Source of the DNA: Octopus bimaculoides
Lineage: Eukaryota
Direction: 5' to 3'
DNA length: 64,000 nucleotides
Assembly (NCBI RefSeq): GCF_001194135.2
Contig: NC_068986.1
Coordinates: forward strand, 1,232,331 to 1,296,330
Part shown: positions 1 through 13,415 of the stretch, piece after piece
How the letters are laid out: the number at the start of each line of letters is the position of its first letter
Position numbering within the stretch: the stretch's first letter is position 1
Notes under the pieces: model-generated
Seen by the model: only the letters and a program-made list of their open reading frames with translations
Database searches by the model: none
What the model was told of the DNA's origin: nothing
Made by a program: the position numbers and the translations under genes

Positions 1-977
1 CACCACGAAGACTGCAAGGCTATGAACCCTGAAAGGGCAACAAGATGAGGGGTTAACAGATGAGAGAAGTAAAAGTATGAGAGAAGGGTTCAGTATAATA
101 CCTATCTGTAATTTGGCTTGTATTGTAAATAAATTATGGAAACTGCTTTTGAATTTGTATAGGTGAAGACAAAGTTGTATGGTTAAAGAGTTTGCTTTGT
201 AACCACATGGTTTCTGGTTCCATATTACTGCATGGCACTTGGGAAAGTGTTTTTACTATCATCTTGGGTTGACTAATACTACATGAGTAAAGTTGGTATA
301 CAAAAAGTTGCACAGAAGTCTGTCATGTATGTATATGTATGTGTGTGTGTGTGCACGGGTATTTTCTGAATGTCTTCACATTGGCATTGTTTAGGTGACA
401 ACAATGTTATGCTTATATCTCCCTTCTTGTAGCATGTTGGTTTTGATGTGTTAAAACCTGTGGAATAAAAAGTACTTTACTCAAAAAATAGCAAAGGGTT
501 GATGGCAAGAAGGGTATCTGGTTGTAGAATACTGCCTCAATAAGTCTCATACAACCCATCATCAGAATGGAAAAAATAGATGTAAAAAATGATGAAGACG
601 GTCCATTTTTATAATTACTTTATCACTCGAGTTCAGTTGTTTGAATATGTGATGCATATTTTCTTTGTTACTCTTTGTTATTCTTTAACAGTGAAAAAAT
701 AAGTATCTCAAATTTTTGGAGCTGTTTGATGATATTTCCATTTGTCATTTGATTTGTCAGTCTTTGTCATTTGATTTACTGTTCTGTTCATAGATTTAAA
801 ATACTGTTGAGAAGGTATGTAGCCTAGTAGTTAAGCAAGTGAACTATTGATCATAAAGTTGTGGGTTTGGTTACAGGTCTTGTAGGTATTTTATATACTT
901 GAGCAAGCCATTTTACTTCACTCAGCTATGCAAAAACTAGTATCACACCTGACAGAATGACCTCTGATTGTAATATT

Positions 978-1385
978 GGTTTCAACTTTTGATACAAGGC
1001 CAGTAATTTCGGGGGGAGAGTGTTAACCGATTACATCAACCCCAGTGCTCAACTTGTACTTATTTTATTGACCCTGAAAGGATGAAAGGCAAAGTCTACC
1101 TCAGTGGAGTTTGAACTCAGAATATAAAGATAGATGAAGTGTCACTAAGCATTTTGACCGGCTTGCTAATTCTGCCAGCTCACCACCTTCCCTCTGGTTT
1201 TAATAATCTTTTCTACTCTAGGCACAAGGCCCAAAATTTTTGGGGAGGGGGCCAGTTGATTAGATCGACTCCAGTATGTAACTGGTACTTAATTTATTGA
1301 CCTCAGTGGAATTTGAAATCAGAATGTAAAGACAGACGAAATACTGCAAAGCATTTCACCTGGCATGCTAACGTTTCTGCCATCC
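978..1385 (-). mobile_element. Two tandem copies of a second tRNA-derived SINE (family B)
   Basis: Each contains cttattttattgacc...tttgaactcagaat...aagcatttt...ctgccagctcacc. Confidence 0.75.
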
Positions 1386-2999
1386 TCTGGTTTTAATATT
1401 TATCAATAAAAATGCATTGTCTCACTAGATTAAGTATGTTTATAGTTTTGCATGAAGTAATAGATTTTATTCCAGGACCTTATTTTATATTTATGCTATT
1501 GGAAGCCAATTAGGTTTGGCTGTTTTTTCACTGTATCTTCACAAAACAAGCAAAGAAGCATATTTTGTCTCTTTCTGTTGAATGTTATTATAATCTTGTG
1601 CCAATAATTCTTAACTATAAAATCTTTCTGATCCTTTTTTTTTATGAAACAGTTTTTCCTCCTGCAGTTGTGAAAGATTCAGTTGGTGGAATACACTTTA
1701 TTTGTGTTAGTGGAATTATAGTATTTTGGACTGTATCAAATTGTGGTCAGATCACTTGAAAGTACCATCAGCAATGTGAAACCCAGTACAACTTGTTGCA
1801 GAGTTGGTTCATCTGTCTCTAAGCTAGCAACCTCACCTAGGTTGCTCGGTGAGAGAAGTAATTTTGAACACTCAGCTAGATGGAAAACAAGACCTGTCAA
1901 AGAGTGGATAAATTCATTGACCATCCAAATTGTCCATATGCACATTAAATCTGTGTATGTCCATATTTCATTTAAATGAGGCATGGAAGAAATAAGTAAC
2001 CTTCATCATCACAACTTTAAAGTTGGCAGTAGCAGGTCAAGAAGAGCAACTGGTGCATGTAACCACAGACTGGCAAGCTGGACTAGCAGCCATAATACAG
2101 GTTAAGTATCTGGTATGATGTTATATGGTTTGAACACAAGTTAAATGGAGATCCTTTCAGCTACTTTAGCAATCTTCTGCATTCTTATATAGGCTTAGTT
2201 GTCCTAGCTTTACCTTACAACTGAACATATCAGTGAATTTAATGGGTACACAGCTCTTTCTCACCGCAAAAAAAAAAAACAATGAACCTTTGTTCATCTG
2301 GCATCTGTAGGTAAGACTGCATGGTACATGTTTGACCGACCTCATGCAAAAAGGTCAATTGCACTTGTCATGGCAGTTGAAGTATTCTGCACACCTGCAC
2401 CAATGAAATACCACCATTTCTGTAGTTTCAGGTGCACAGAGGATGTAATAGGGGTGGTGGGAAATTGTGAGTCTCTTTCACTCCCTCATGACTGCATTCC
2501 TTGTTGATGTGCTGCATAGTCAGTCATGGTTTTTATTGATTACTGATGGTCTAAATCCTTCTAGAGCCATTGGTGGCAGGTCTTTCATTACAGTGTTCAG
2601 GGATTCAAACATTTTGACAATGAAATACTGATGCTTCCATAGCTTCAGGAACTCAGAAGGTGTAGTATAAGCAGGAGCAGCTGTGATTCTCTCCTCCTCA
2701 TCACAGATGTGTCTTTCTGTTGAAGTGTCAAATGGTTGAAGTCATTGTCTTCCCTGATCAGTCCTTACTAAACATGACAGCATTAAGCATCTTCTTTTGT
2801 TTTCTTTTCTCCATTTTTTCTCTCTCTTATTATTTATTTATTTATTCATTCATTCATTTCTTGTTTTTAGTAGTGCCAAGTCATTTTCAACTGTGACAAT
2901 CCAACTACTATTTACAAACCCTAAAGAGTTGTGACACCCAATCAAAAGCTACTGCTGAGAACCAAGTTTGAGTCTTCTACAAATTACATTCTACCATAC

Positions 3000-3212
3000 T
3001 GATTTCAAATTTTTCACACAAAGCCAGCAATTTCAGGGGAGGTGCTAAGTCGATTGGACTGACTCCATTGTCCAACTGGTACTTATTTTACCAACCCCCA
3101 AAAGGATGAAAGACAAAGTCGACCTCAGTGGAATTTGAACTCAGAACGTGAAGATGCACAAAATGTCACTAAGCATTTTGCCCAGTGTGATAACGATTCT
3201 GCTAGCCTGCAG
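3000..3212 (-). mobile_element. Family B SINE
   Basis: ggatgaaagacaaagtcgacctcagtggaatttgaactcagaacg. Confidence 0.75.
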
Positions 3213-3720
3213 CCCTGTTATATTCTACCATATAAAAAAATAAAGAACACGCTGGAAAATATAGTCCTAGATAAACAGTCTCTGCAGAAAAAATGGAGAG
3301 GTCATGGTTGGTACATCTTTGATCATAGCTCTTCTCAGGGCTGACTTGGTGCTATAAAAACAACAACCTGTATTTGGTGGTTATTAAAGCAAATCTGGGA
3401 ATCATGATACATTTATGTTTCTCTACTTAAAGTGTAGTTAATGTATAGTTATTGACGTGTCTTAGTATATTTACTGTTTATACTTTAATGGACAACATCC
3501 AAATATCTGAGTCATTGATACAAGCTTCCAATCTTTCATCTTTGTCTGAGAGGTTTATATCGTGTAGTCTCTGAATCCCTGATAATCTTTTATTTAGATT
3601 CTGTCTGAGTGGTTTATCCTGTAAATATAATCTCAAGATGAGAGTTGCTGTATACAATTAGATATCATCATCATCCTTCTGATGTCGATTTTTCCACGCT
3701 TGCATGGGTCATACTTTATA

Positions 3721-3754
<34 letters not shown>

Positions 3755-3849
3755 TACATGCATACAGTGTGTGTTTGTGTGTGCATATACGGTTATGCAT
3801 ATATTCCCCTAGTGTTTTTGTGCATATATATGTATGTATCTGTGCTTTT

Positions 3850-3938
3850 ATTATCTATATGCATGCCAGCAGCCTGATTCCGATCGTTTATGTGTATATA
3901 TGTGTATATATATGTGTATATATGTGTATATATGTGTG
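3850..3938. repeat. (TATGTGTATA)n-like compound microsatellite
   Basis: Direct reading. Confidence 0.8.
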
Positions 3939-4410
3939 AATATCACAGTTGACAAGCTACTTGTCATAGTTACAGACCTGGTAAAAAAATAAAAACAAAC
4001 TGTCACCCTTAAACTGACTAATATCCCTCTTCTTCCTTCCCATTGTAGTCCTCCCTCATATCTCTCTCTTATCTCATTCATATTATTTCTGTCTTCAACT
4101 TCACTTTCTCCCATATGTTCTTTCTCCTACCGTTTATTTCCTATTTATAACATCTAAATTCTTTTTCCATTCCCTGTCATTCTCTACTTTACTCTCTCTC
4201 GTAGATGACAAAGAAAAACTTTTCTTGTTTCTCAAAGAAGAGCTTTGTTTGAAATGTCAGGAAATTCTCCCAACAGTGTATCGACTTCAGAATCTTTACA
4301 CGCTACCCATAATATATTGACCCTCTAATATAACATATTTACCTATTAATATATTTAGTACTTCAAATAAACATAACATATACCAGTTATCCAAAGTTTG
4401 TATTTCTTAT

Positions 4411-4730
4411 CTGGCAGAATTGTTGAGTATCAGAAAGAATATCTTGTCCCAACTTTTATATTCTGAGTTCAAATTCTGCCAAAGTCAGCTTTGCCTTTCT
4501 TATCCCCAGAGTCAATAAAATAAATGCCAGTGAAGTATTGGAGATGGTGGTATTGACTAAACCCTCTCCTCAAATTTTTGTTGGTTTTGTGCTTAAATTA
4601 GAAACATACAGTTCGTCTTTTTGGGATTGACAAAATAAGTACTAGTTGAGCATTGGAGTCGATGTAATTGACTTACCTCCGACCCTAAAATTGCTGGCCA
4701 TGTGCCAAAGTTTGAAACCATTATCACCGT
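4411..4730 (+). mobile_element. Family B SINE plus an extra 3' half
   Basis: ctggcagaat...ttctgagttcaaattc...gcctttc, and aagtactagttgagcattggagtcgatgtaattgacttacc. Confidence 0.65.
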
Positions 4731-4929
4731 TCTGTAGATTTGTCTAACCTTGATCAGTTTCAGCACCATATTGATTTTTCTATCAGAAACAGTTGCTAGC
4801 AGGGCTATCAACCGTTCTTCCTTTCTGAAGAAATGGATGACCGGGAAAACACTCACAACACAGCACAGATGATTCTGAGAAAGAGATATGATTCCAGTTT
4901 GCTGCCCTTAATAATAATAATAATAATAA

Positions 4930-5135
4930 TTCCGAATTTTGGCACAAGGCCACCAATTCTGGGATAGTGGGTAAGTTGATTACATTGACTTCAGTGTTCA
5001 ACTGGAACTTATTTTATCAACCCCGAAAGGATGAAAGGTGAAATTGGCCTCAATGGAACTCAGACTGTAAAGATGGACGAAATGCTGCTAAGAATTTTGC
5101 CCCAAATGCAAACAATTCTGTTAGCTCACTGCCTT
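4930..5135 (-). mobile_element. Family B SINE flanked by (AAT)n
   Basis: Same motifs in reverse; taataataat tracts on both sides. Confidence 0.7.
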
Positions 5136-6524
5136 AATAATAATAATGAATATATAGAATATACAGACAGACGTAATGAGAGATAATGTTTTCACATGAA
5201 TTATGGGAAAAGTGACAGCAACATTTTGGCTGGCATCCTATTGATTTGGCCGGCTGCTACTCTCTTGTACTCTTGCTAATGTCTGTATTTCGTTTCTTAT
5301 TTTCATCATTGGAAAGGCACTCTCTGTCGAAGCTGCTTAGATCTGAAGTAAATTAGATTTAGGTAGACTTACCCACCCCATCCAATGGTTTTTAAACATT
5401 TCATGTATCTGTTGGATGGATTACGTCAAATTTAATAAAGAATAACAGAATAATTCTTAATCTAATCAGTAAATCTAGTTAAATTGTTAATTCTAATGCT
5501 GTATCACGTTGCAAGGACTTTCAGGGTTATTCCCTGTTGTGCAAAAAGCTTAAAACATTGTGGAAAATCTTGTTTTAAATAATATTAATTAAAATGCCAT
5601 TCTTTGTTATTCAACAAATTAGCTGGTTATTGAATCACACATGTTAAAAGGAGACAAAAGTACAGGAAAAATATTTAATGTATATTAGTGAAGAATTCAC
5701 TTTACTAACATTTGACTTTTACCTGTATCTCATGCTAATGTGTCTCATTGCAACAGTAAGATATAATCTATGATAAAATAGCATTTTCTTGGAAAGATTC
5801 AAACAATTTGTTCATCCATTTAATGTATGTTTTTCTATGTTAGCATTGGTTAGATGAGTCTTATTTTGAAGCTAGACACTATTCTTACCTGTTTTTCAAG
5901 TAAGGGATTTTCTAATCCACAGGTCTTTGAAAGCATAGAGAGACTGATTGTAATGTTGACAAGGAATGTAAACATTATATTCCCATATCATTTAGATGTT
6001 GATAATTGAAGCTATATAACATCAACATTCACATACACATACATGATGACCTTCCGAATGTAGGACCAAAGCCCCCTAAGACAAAACCTCCTAGAAAAAA
6101 ACCCTAAGAAAAAAAACTGTGAGGATGAAACCACCACCAGGACAAAAAAAAAAAAACAAGCAATTTTTAAATCATAATTTTTATTCTTATTATTTGTAAT
6201 GAACACTTCCCTGAGATGTAAAATATTACATTGATTATATAATAACTCGAATCACAAAAATGAGCATAATAAAAAGAACATCATATATCTTTGAAAAATT
6301 GAAACAAACACAATATTGAAAATCTCATTAAGTGTTGAGGTTCATTTAAAGTACTTTTTACTAGAACTTGATGTTCCTCCAATTTCATTTACATAGTCCT
6401 AAAGGGTTCTTTTTTTTGTCTCATTGGGGTTTTGTTCTAGGGGGATTTTGTCCTAGAGGGCATTTTTGTCTAGACTCCTGGATTTCCATACAGTTTCCAT
6501 CTATCAAATTTACTCATAAGTCAT

Positions 6525-6625
6525 TTATCCTCATCATCATCGTTTCACGTCCGCTTTCCATGCTAGCATGGGTTGGACAATTTGATTGAGGACTGGCGAG
6601 CCAGATGGCTACGCCAGGCTCCATT
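6525..6625 (-). mobile_element. RTE-like retroposon 3' end fragment
   Basis: catcatcatcgtttcacgtccgctttccatgctagcatgggttgg. Confidence 0.65.
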
Positions 6626-7254
6626 ACGCATAAATATTTATGTGTACTTATACATGAGTAAACATTTATATTTATATTTATGCTTAGATACTAAACTTTT
6701 GAAACAAATTTGTGTAAATTTCCACCATTCCACCGATTGACTCTGCTACTATGATGTGATTGAACTTTTCTTGTCTTTTCTGTGGAAATTTGCTACTGCA
6801 TATCAAAGTGCATCAACTACAATGAACAAAATGAGAATTTACAAGCAATGTCCTATAACTGCAAGTCTGCCATTGTTGCATTCGTATCACCTTCAAATTT
6901 ATATGAGACACTCTCCTGGGAAGCATTTACATTTGGATAAAAGAATAAATCCAGTTGATGTCAGGTTTCTTCTCCACAGGGTCGCTTCATTCATATGTAT
7001 CTATGCATTACTCTTTTGTTACTCTATGGAATCTTTTTACTTAATATTGCTTTTGAAGACAGGTTAGCAGTTTTGGACTTGTATTGACCCAATATTCAAG
7101 AGGGTACTTATTGATTTTTTTTTGCCAGTCCTGGTGTTTTTGTAACTATCGTCATCATCATCATCATCATCATCCTCCTTTTACCCTCCACATTTTGATG
7201 CTTGCATTTTTTTTTGTCTTGCAAGTATTTGATGACTTTGTCAATGCAGGAGCC

Positions 7255-7540
7255 ACTTAGAAGCACCCAGTCCACACTGTAAAGTGGTTGGTGTTCAGAA
7301 GGGCATCCAGCTGTAAAAACCTTGCCAAAACTGACCTCGCCTGTGCTTGTGCCATGTAAAATGCACTAAGGCACTCTGTTGAGTGGTTGGTGTTAGGAAG
7401 AGCATCCAGCTGTAAAAATCTTGCCAAAACAGTCACAGAAGTTTGGTACAGGCTTCTGCCTGGCTGCCTCTTGTGAAACTATCCCACCCATGCTAGCATG
7501 GAAGGTGGATGTTAAACGATGATGATGATGATGATGATGT
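7255..7540 (+). mobile_element. RTE-like retroposon 3' end, (GAT)n tail
   Basis: Ends ccatgctagcatggaaggtggatgttaaacgatgatgatg, with an internal duplicated gtggttggtgtt...catccagctgtaaaa unit. Confidence 0.7.
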
Positions 7541-9249
7541 GTGCAGTTTTGGTACTACCACTAGGCAGACTAGACAATTGCCTTGGAGACACCACATAAA
7601 TTCTGAATAAATTGGACAAATTTTTCAATACAATTAAAATAATGAAAACTTGGTAATAAAAAGCATAGATTAGATCGCTCTGGAATAATGTTTGAGCAGT
7701 AACAGGAAATTGAATCATTACCAAATATGCTATTGATACAATATTGTAAAAGTATATATTAAAAACTACTACTGTTGGCTGTATTCATGAAACAGAGCTG
7801 AGAGAAGAAGGGCATGCACTGGCATATAGTGCAGAATACCTTGGTACCAGCCCTGTGTGTGTGTGTGTGTTTATGGGGTACTTTGGGGCATGAAGTGCTG
7901 GAATCTTAAAAATGTTTTCTGTATGGAGCTAACTCTGATACTGAGAAAAATAGAACAGTTAATATCATTGTTGTTATTGCTATGGGTAGTGAAAAATGGT
8001 ACCCTGAAGTGAAGATTTTGTAATTGGTCTTATTTTGTTGTATTTGTCTGAGCATTTGGGAAAAACACACTTTTAAGGATTTTAAAGCTTATACTGTGCA
8101 GAGACATTACTCATATGTTGTTCATATGTTGTTCTTGTTTAGCCTCAAGTAGGTCCTGGTCAAGCTGACCTTCGACCATTTCATTCCAGCCATGATCATC
8201 CCATCATTTTTCCAGACTTGATCTTTCTTTCTTTAGAATTGTTCTGTGATTTCAGGAAAACTCCGACTGCTTCACTTAGCAGATTGATCAATCACATACA
8301 GGTTCTCTACTAGTTTATTTGGCTGTTTCCTTGTCTTGAATTTTCATCATTCAATCACTGGCATTCCAATAATGACCCTCCCATCTTATATTCTAGAATA
8401 ATTTATCCAGCATTTTCTTCCATTAAGACAGTAAAACACTTGACTGCTGTTTCTAGCAGGTTGAATGACATCATAGAGGCTTCTTTGTTGGCTTATTGTA
8501 GTTATAATTAATTGTAAATAGATTCTTATCTTGAAGTTAAATAATTCATAATTGTGTATGTACTGTTCAATGTTTGACTATTAGCACCAACACTGGTAAT
8601 ACTTCTCATTACACCAAATCTTCCACAGGCTGACCAATGTTGTTATGACCATGTGGAAGTGTTTAAAGTAGAGTGTCACTAACCAGCTCCCCTTTACATT
8701 TCCATTTGTGCTTCTTATTCTAAATGGATTTATATATACATGCCTGTTAGACAATCTGTACACTTTTTATTACAGTGCTGCTCTCCTCTCCTTTTTGTGT
8801 ACCTCCTCCTCCTCCCTGACCCACTCCTATTATCTTCACCTTTTCTCCAAACTGATATTCACCATTGACCATGAACCTTCCCCTGTTTGCAGTTCACTGC
8901 ATCACCTAGGTCCCTATATCCCTACTTCTAATTATCTATTGCTTGCCTCACTCTCTCACAAACTTACTTGATCCTCTCTCCCTGTTCCCATCACCTGATT
9001 CTCTGTTCCTGTCCCCCTCACATTCACCCTTTTGTATTTTGAAGGTATTTTCGGGCACCCCATCATAAGCATCTTTTTCCCTGTTTTTCCATATATCTTC
9101 TCAGCAGCACAACACTCCTACCTACTCCTCTGTCGTACTCTTGCCTCTCAACATTTGGTATAAATCACCGCCCTCAACACTACACCACCACCCTCAATCA
9201 AGGGATCTTTGTCCTGCAAGCTACTTGCCAACCTCACTAACAGCATTGA

Positions 9250-9432
9250 ATGAAAAGGCATCCAATATACTGCAAAGTGGTTAGTGTTAGGAAGTGCATC
9301 CAGCCATGGAAACCATGTCTCAACAGACATTGGCCTTCAATGCAGTCCTCAGATCTGCTGGATCCTATTAAGCCATCCAACCCATGCCAGCACGTAATAC
9401 AGACACTAAATGACGATGATGATGATGATGAT
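9250..9432 (+). mobile_element. RTE-like retroposon 3' end, (GAT)n tail
   Basis: Same family motifs (aagtggttagtgttaggaag...catccaacccatgcc...gatgatgat). Confidence 0.65.
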
Positions 9433-11189
9433 GGATCTTGCAATAAGCTTTGCTTCATAAGAAAGTAGTAGTTGGCTGATGATATGAGTTACATATTTCT
9501 AACCAATTTAATTATTATTATTACATGGTGGGGTATTTTTTTTTTCGAGCCAACAAAAGAGTTTGTACACGATCAATTATTAATCCATAGCAGAGTTTGA
9601 TAATTTCCAGTGCTACAATGAATCTAACACTTCAGTGTCTTCATATGTGAGTGTGGAAGAGAGAGAATGTGGTATCATTGCTTTGGCAAGTTAAAGTTAT
9701 AAGAACAAAAATGCTATTGATAGCATGTTTCTCTAGAACACCACAGTTGGTGTCAGCTCACAGAAATGCTGAGTATTTTTTTATAGATTTCACTCCTGAC
9801 TCACTAGATATGTTTTTTGTTATATTTAGAAGTTTGCTTTGTATATTTTGCAGTTACTTCCTTGAAAGAAATTATTGAAACTGAACATTTTTTTATTGAC
9901 CTTTTGCTTCTTTTAGATTATTTGCCTTTTTTAGAAAAAAGATTCTACTGTCACTGTTAATATGAACATTGGCAATAGAACAGGTCTGTGCAAAATTGAC
10001 TGAATAAATAATCTAAATCTGTTATACTAAGGCTATAAATGTATTGTTATGATATGTTGTACAAGGAAAGTTGTGATTGCTTGGAGTAATATTCCTTGGT
10101 TATTCAAGTTTTGTTTATAATATCATTGTAAAATATATGACTAAGTAGAATTAATTTTTTAGATTTTATTCCTTTAGAATTGGTGTTAGAATATCTCAGT
10201 TTCCAAAGTTTTTTCTGTTGATTTATCAGTCAGAAGTAAAATTTATTCAGTTCAAATGTCATTTTGATATCATGTGAAACATTCAACTATTAATATTTTT
10301 CAGTATGAATTTTAAAATCATCAATAAAGAAGTCATAAATAACATTCAGGCTCTTCTCGTTAAAGAAAACTGACTTAAAACCATTCAATTTCTTAATTAG
10401 AAATAACTGAAATACTAAAATAAGTGACAGTTCAACATCGCTTAGTCTTGTGGGGTTTTAATTTGTTAGAGATAGTTTGTTAGTGACAAATGTTTGATAA
10501 AGATTTTGTCAACGATAGTCACAGGAGTTCTCCAAAGTTTCCAAGGTACAAGGTTTCAAATAGAATGTGTGAGAAAGAGAATTAAATGTTAAAATACTTT
10601 TGCCATACTTTAGATTCCATTGTTTAAATCTTAGAAATTACATTTTTATTCATTTGCATTTATCCAATATTGCTAAAAACCCATTTCTCTAACCCATTTC
10701 CTTATCAGCATTTATTATATTAGACTGGAAGCAATAAAGTAATTACAGTATTTGATAGCATAAAAGATGCATGAGCATCTTGGATGCACACCTATTTCAG
10801 CAGTGCATATTCAGGAAACAAAAAAAAAGAGAAGCTTTTAGTGCATTAAAACATCTAATATTTAATTGGAGGCTCAACTTCACTTATAGGACTCAGGGTG
10901 ACTTTTTGAGATATATTTTGTATCTTGTATGCTGTCAAGTAATTAAGCCATTGAATGGTTTATATATATATTTTACCAGTACATGTTTCCATTTTTTTAG
11001 TATTAGATCATCCAAAACTGTTTTTAAAAAAATCAAACAAAAAATATCTAATCAAGTTCTCTTTTTAGAACACTTATTTATTTTTTTTTTCTGTTAAAAG
11101 TCATTCTCAACAAGGCAGCAATCAGCAATAAAATAAGCCCCAAACAACCACTTAGTTAGTATGCTGGGAGTCACAAGAAAAGAGATTAA

Positions 11190-11340
11190 AAATCTAACAA
11201 GAGTTGCCCTAAGAATCACAAAATAATCAGCATGAAATTTAAAAGAAATAAAATTATAATTATCTGGGGAACATGAAGGAAGTGAGTTCCATAAGGCATG
11301 TTCATAGAAACACTTTTTACAAGACCGCACAACAGCAGTA
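11190..11340 (-). mobile_element. Decayed L2/Crack-like LINE ORF2 C-terminal fragment
   Basis: Minus-strand translation ALWNSLPSCSPDNYNFISFK resembles the LWNSLP...FP..YNL..FK end of L2-clade ORF2. Confidence 0.4.
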
Positions 11341-12299
11341 AAATTTAATATCACCCAACCCTCTCATACGTTCTGTTTTGTAGGTTTTACAAAGCTACTT
11401 GTAAAGGAATTGTTAGAACATATATAGACTATAGCTCTGATATTAGAGAAGTGTCTAGCAACTAGAATATTCTATTGAAAAGGTTTTTAGCTCTCTTTTC
11501 ATTCAAACAAATAAGCAGCATGTAAAAATGATATTGGTCTTTGTGATTTCTATGTTAGATGCTACTGATACCTCAAGGTTGTATGTAGTTCACAGATTTA
11601 ATTTATCAATGATATATGATGTATGCCTTCCAGGTTAAATCATTTATTTCCATACATTCAAGCATGCTTTGAAATATTTTCTTTTAATAAACTGCAAACA
11701 CTGTTCAATCTATTTTTGAACATTTTCTTTTTTCGTGTTGTATTTCTATTTTATAATGATTTAAATAACACGATCAAGTAAAATACGATCAAGTAAAATG
11801 CATTTTTCATTTCAGAAAGAATCTGAAATTAAAGTTTATATTCATGATTTGTGAATTGTACGTTTATGAAAGAAATTAACCAGTAGTTGTTTAGATTTCA
11901 TTTAATTCATAACCTGTTTTAAGTTTCATTTTAAAAACACATATAGAGCTGATGTTTAACGGTATGAGTTCCAATTTGAGTAGTTTTGGTGCTGCTTTTT
12001 GTCTTGATCAGAAATGAAGGAAAAACTTACAAGATTCAAAAAAGATTTAAACTATATCTGCTAATATGGAAGTAAAGCTATCTAGATTATTCAGTTGATT
12101 GGCATGAAGTCATTTGCCAGTAGTCTTTAACCCCTGACTCACAAAAGTACTATCCCCCCAGTCTATTTGTTATATAGTACCTAGACTGGCCTCTGTTCCT
12201 CAAAACTTGCTGGTCTCATATTAACATCATTCAGGTACTCTAACTCATTAATTCCCCTTTTATTACTTATTATTGTATCAACTCTTCCCTCAGGCCTTG

Positions 12300-12410
12300 C
12301 CCAACCTTTTTCCCGCACAGTACTGAACATCAGAAATTCTCTCCCTGCTCATGTTTTCTCTGCAGTTATTAATTTTGGACTATTCAAGAGGAACATTGAC
12401 TGTATGCCAC
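12300..12410 (+). mobile_element. Decayed L2/Crack-like LINE ORF2 C-terminal fragment
   Basis: Translation FSRTVLNIRNSLPAHVFSAVINFGLFKRNID resembles F.PRT..LWNSLP..VFP...NL..FKR. Confidence 0.4.
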
Positions 12411-12956
12411 CTCCCTCACACGACCTGGAGCGGCCATGAGTACAACTGCTTCTTTTTCTTCCACCTCAAATGTCAGTACATTTATGCGATTATTTTAGTA
12501 AATATTCTCATTCAAGGTTATTTGTTATTATATAAATCACCACAACTTCATAAAACAGTCTTTGAAGAATGAAGAAAGCAGTCTCATATTTGATATTTTC
12601 TTGGTTATATTTATATTACCTATTGATGTGGCAATCCTGATTGACAACTCAATAAAGACAATTTCTGTGAAAAATATGATTTCACAGTAAATGTTTTTAT
12701 AATGCAATTACATTTGGAAAACACAGAGTAACAACATAGTTTCTTACTTTCTTATTTGATAAAGTTAACATCATTCTCTAAAAAATTCCCTCTGACTCAG
12801 CAACAAAAACTATTTATCATAATCATTTTTCATACTTTGAATAAAATAAATCATAATTAATTTAGGAATCCTTAATCTCAGAAAATCAAAAAGATCAATC
12901 TATGAGATATTGCATATGTAGAGTTAAAAATGCCGCCATCATTATTATTATTATTA

Positions 12957-12993
<37 letters not shown>

Positions 12994-12994
12994 A

Positions 12995-13190
12995 AAGGCA
13001 GTGAGCTGGTTAGAATCGTTAGCACGCTGGATGAAATGCTCAGTGATATTTTGCCTGTTGCTATGTTCTTTGCCAAGAATGACTTTGTCTTTCATCCTTT
13101 CAGAGTTGATAAATTAAGTACCAGTGAAACACTGGGGTCAATGTAATCAACTAGTCCCTGCATAAAAAAAAAAAAAATTCCAGGCCCTGT
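12995..13190 (+). mobile_element. Family B SINE next to an (ATT)n tract
   Basis: aaggcagtgagctggttagaatcgttagcacgctggatgaaatgc...ctttcatcctttc. Confidence 0.7.
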
Positions 13191-13198
13191 GCGTTTAC

Positions 13199-13415
13199 TC
13201 TTTTACTCTTTTACTTGTTTCAGTCATTTGACTGTGGCCGTGCAGGAGCACCGCCTTTAGCCGAGCAAATTGACCCCAGGACTTATTCTTTGTAAGACTT
13301 ATTCTATTGGTCTGTTTTGCCGAACCGCTATGTTATGGGGACGTAAACACACCAGCATCGGTTGTCAAGTGATGTTGGAGGAACAAACACAGACACACAA
13401 ACATATATATATATA
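13199..13415 (-). mobile_element. Family A SINE, 3' half
   Basis: cttttacttgtttcagtcatttgactgtggcc...gttgtcaagtgatgttgg. Confidence 0.75.

Noticed and set aside
2285-2316. VHLASVG|gtaag as the missing upstream ankyrin exon
   Set aside because: There is an in-frame TGA immediately upstream and no acceptor giving a plausible exon.
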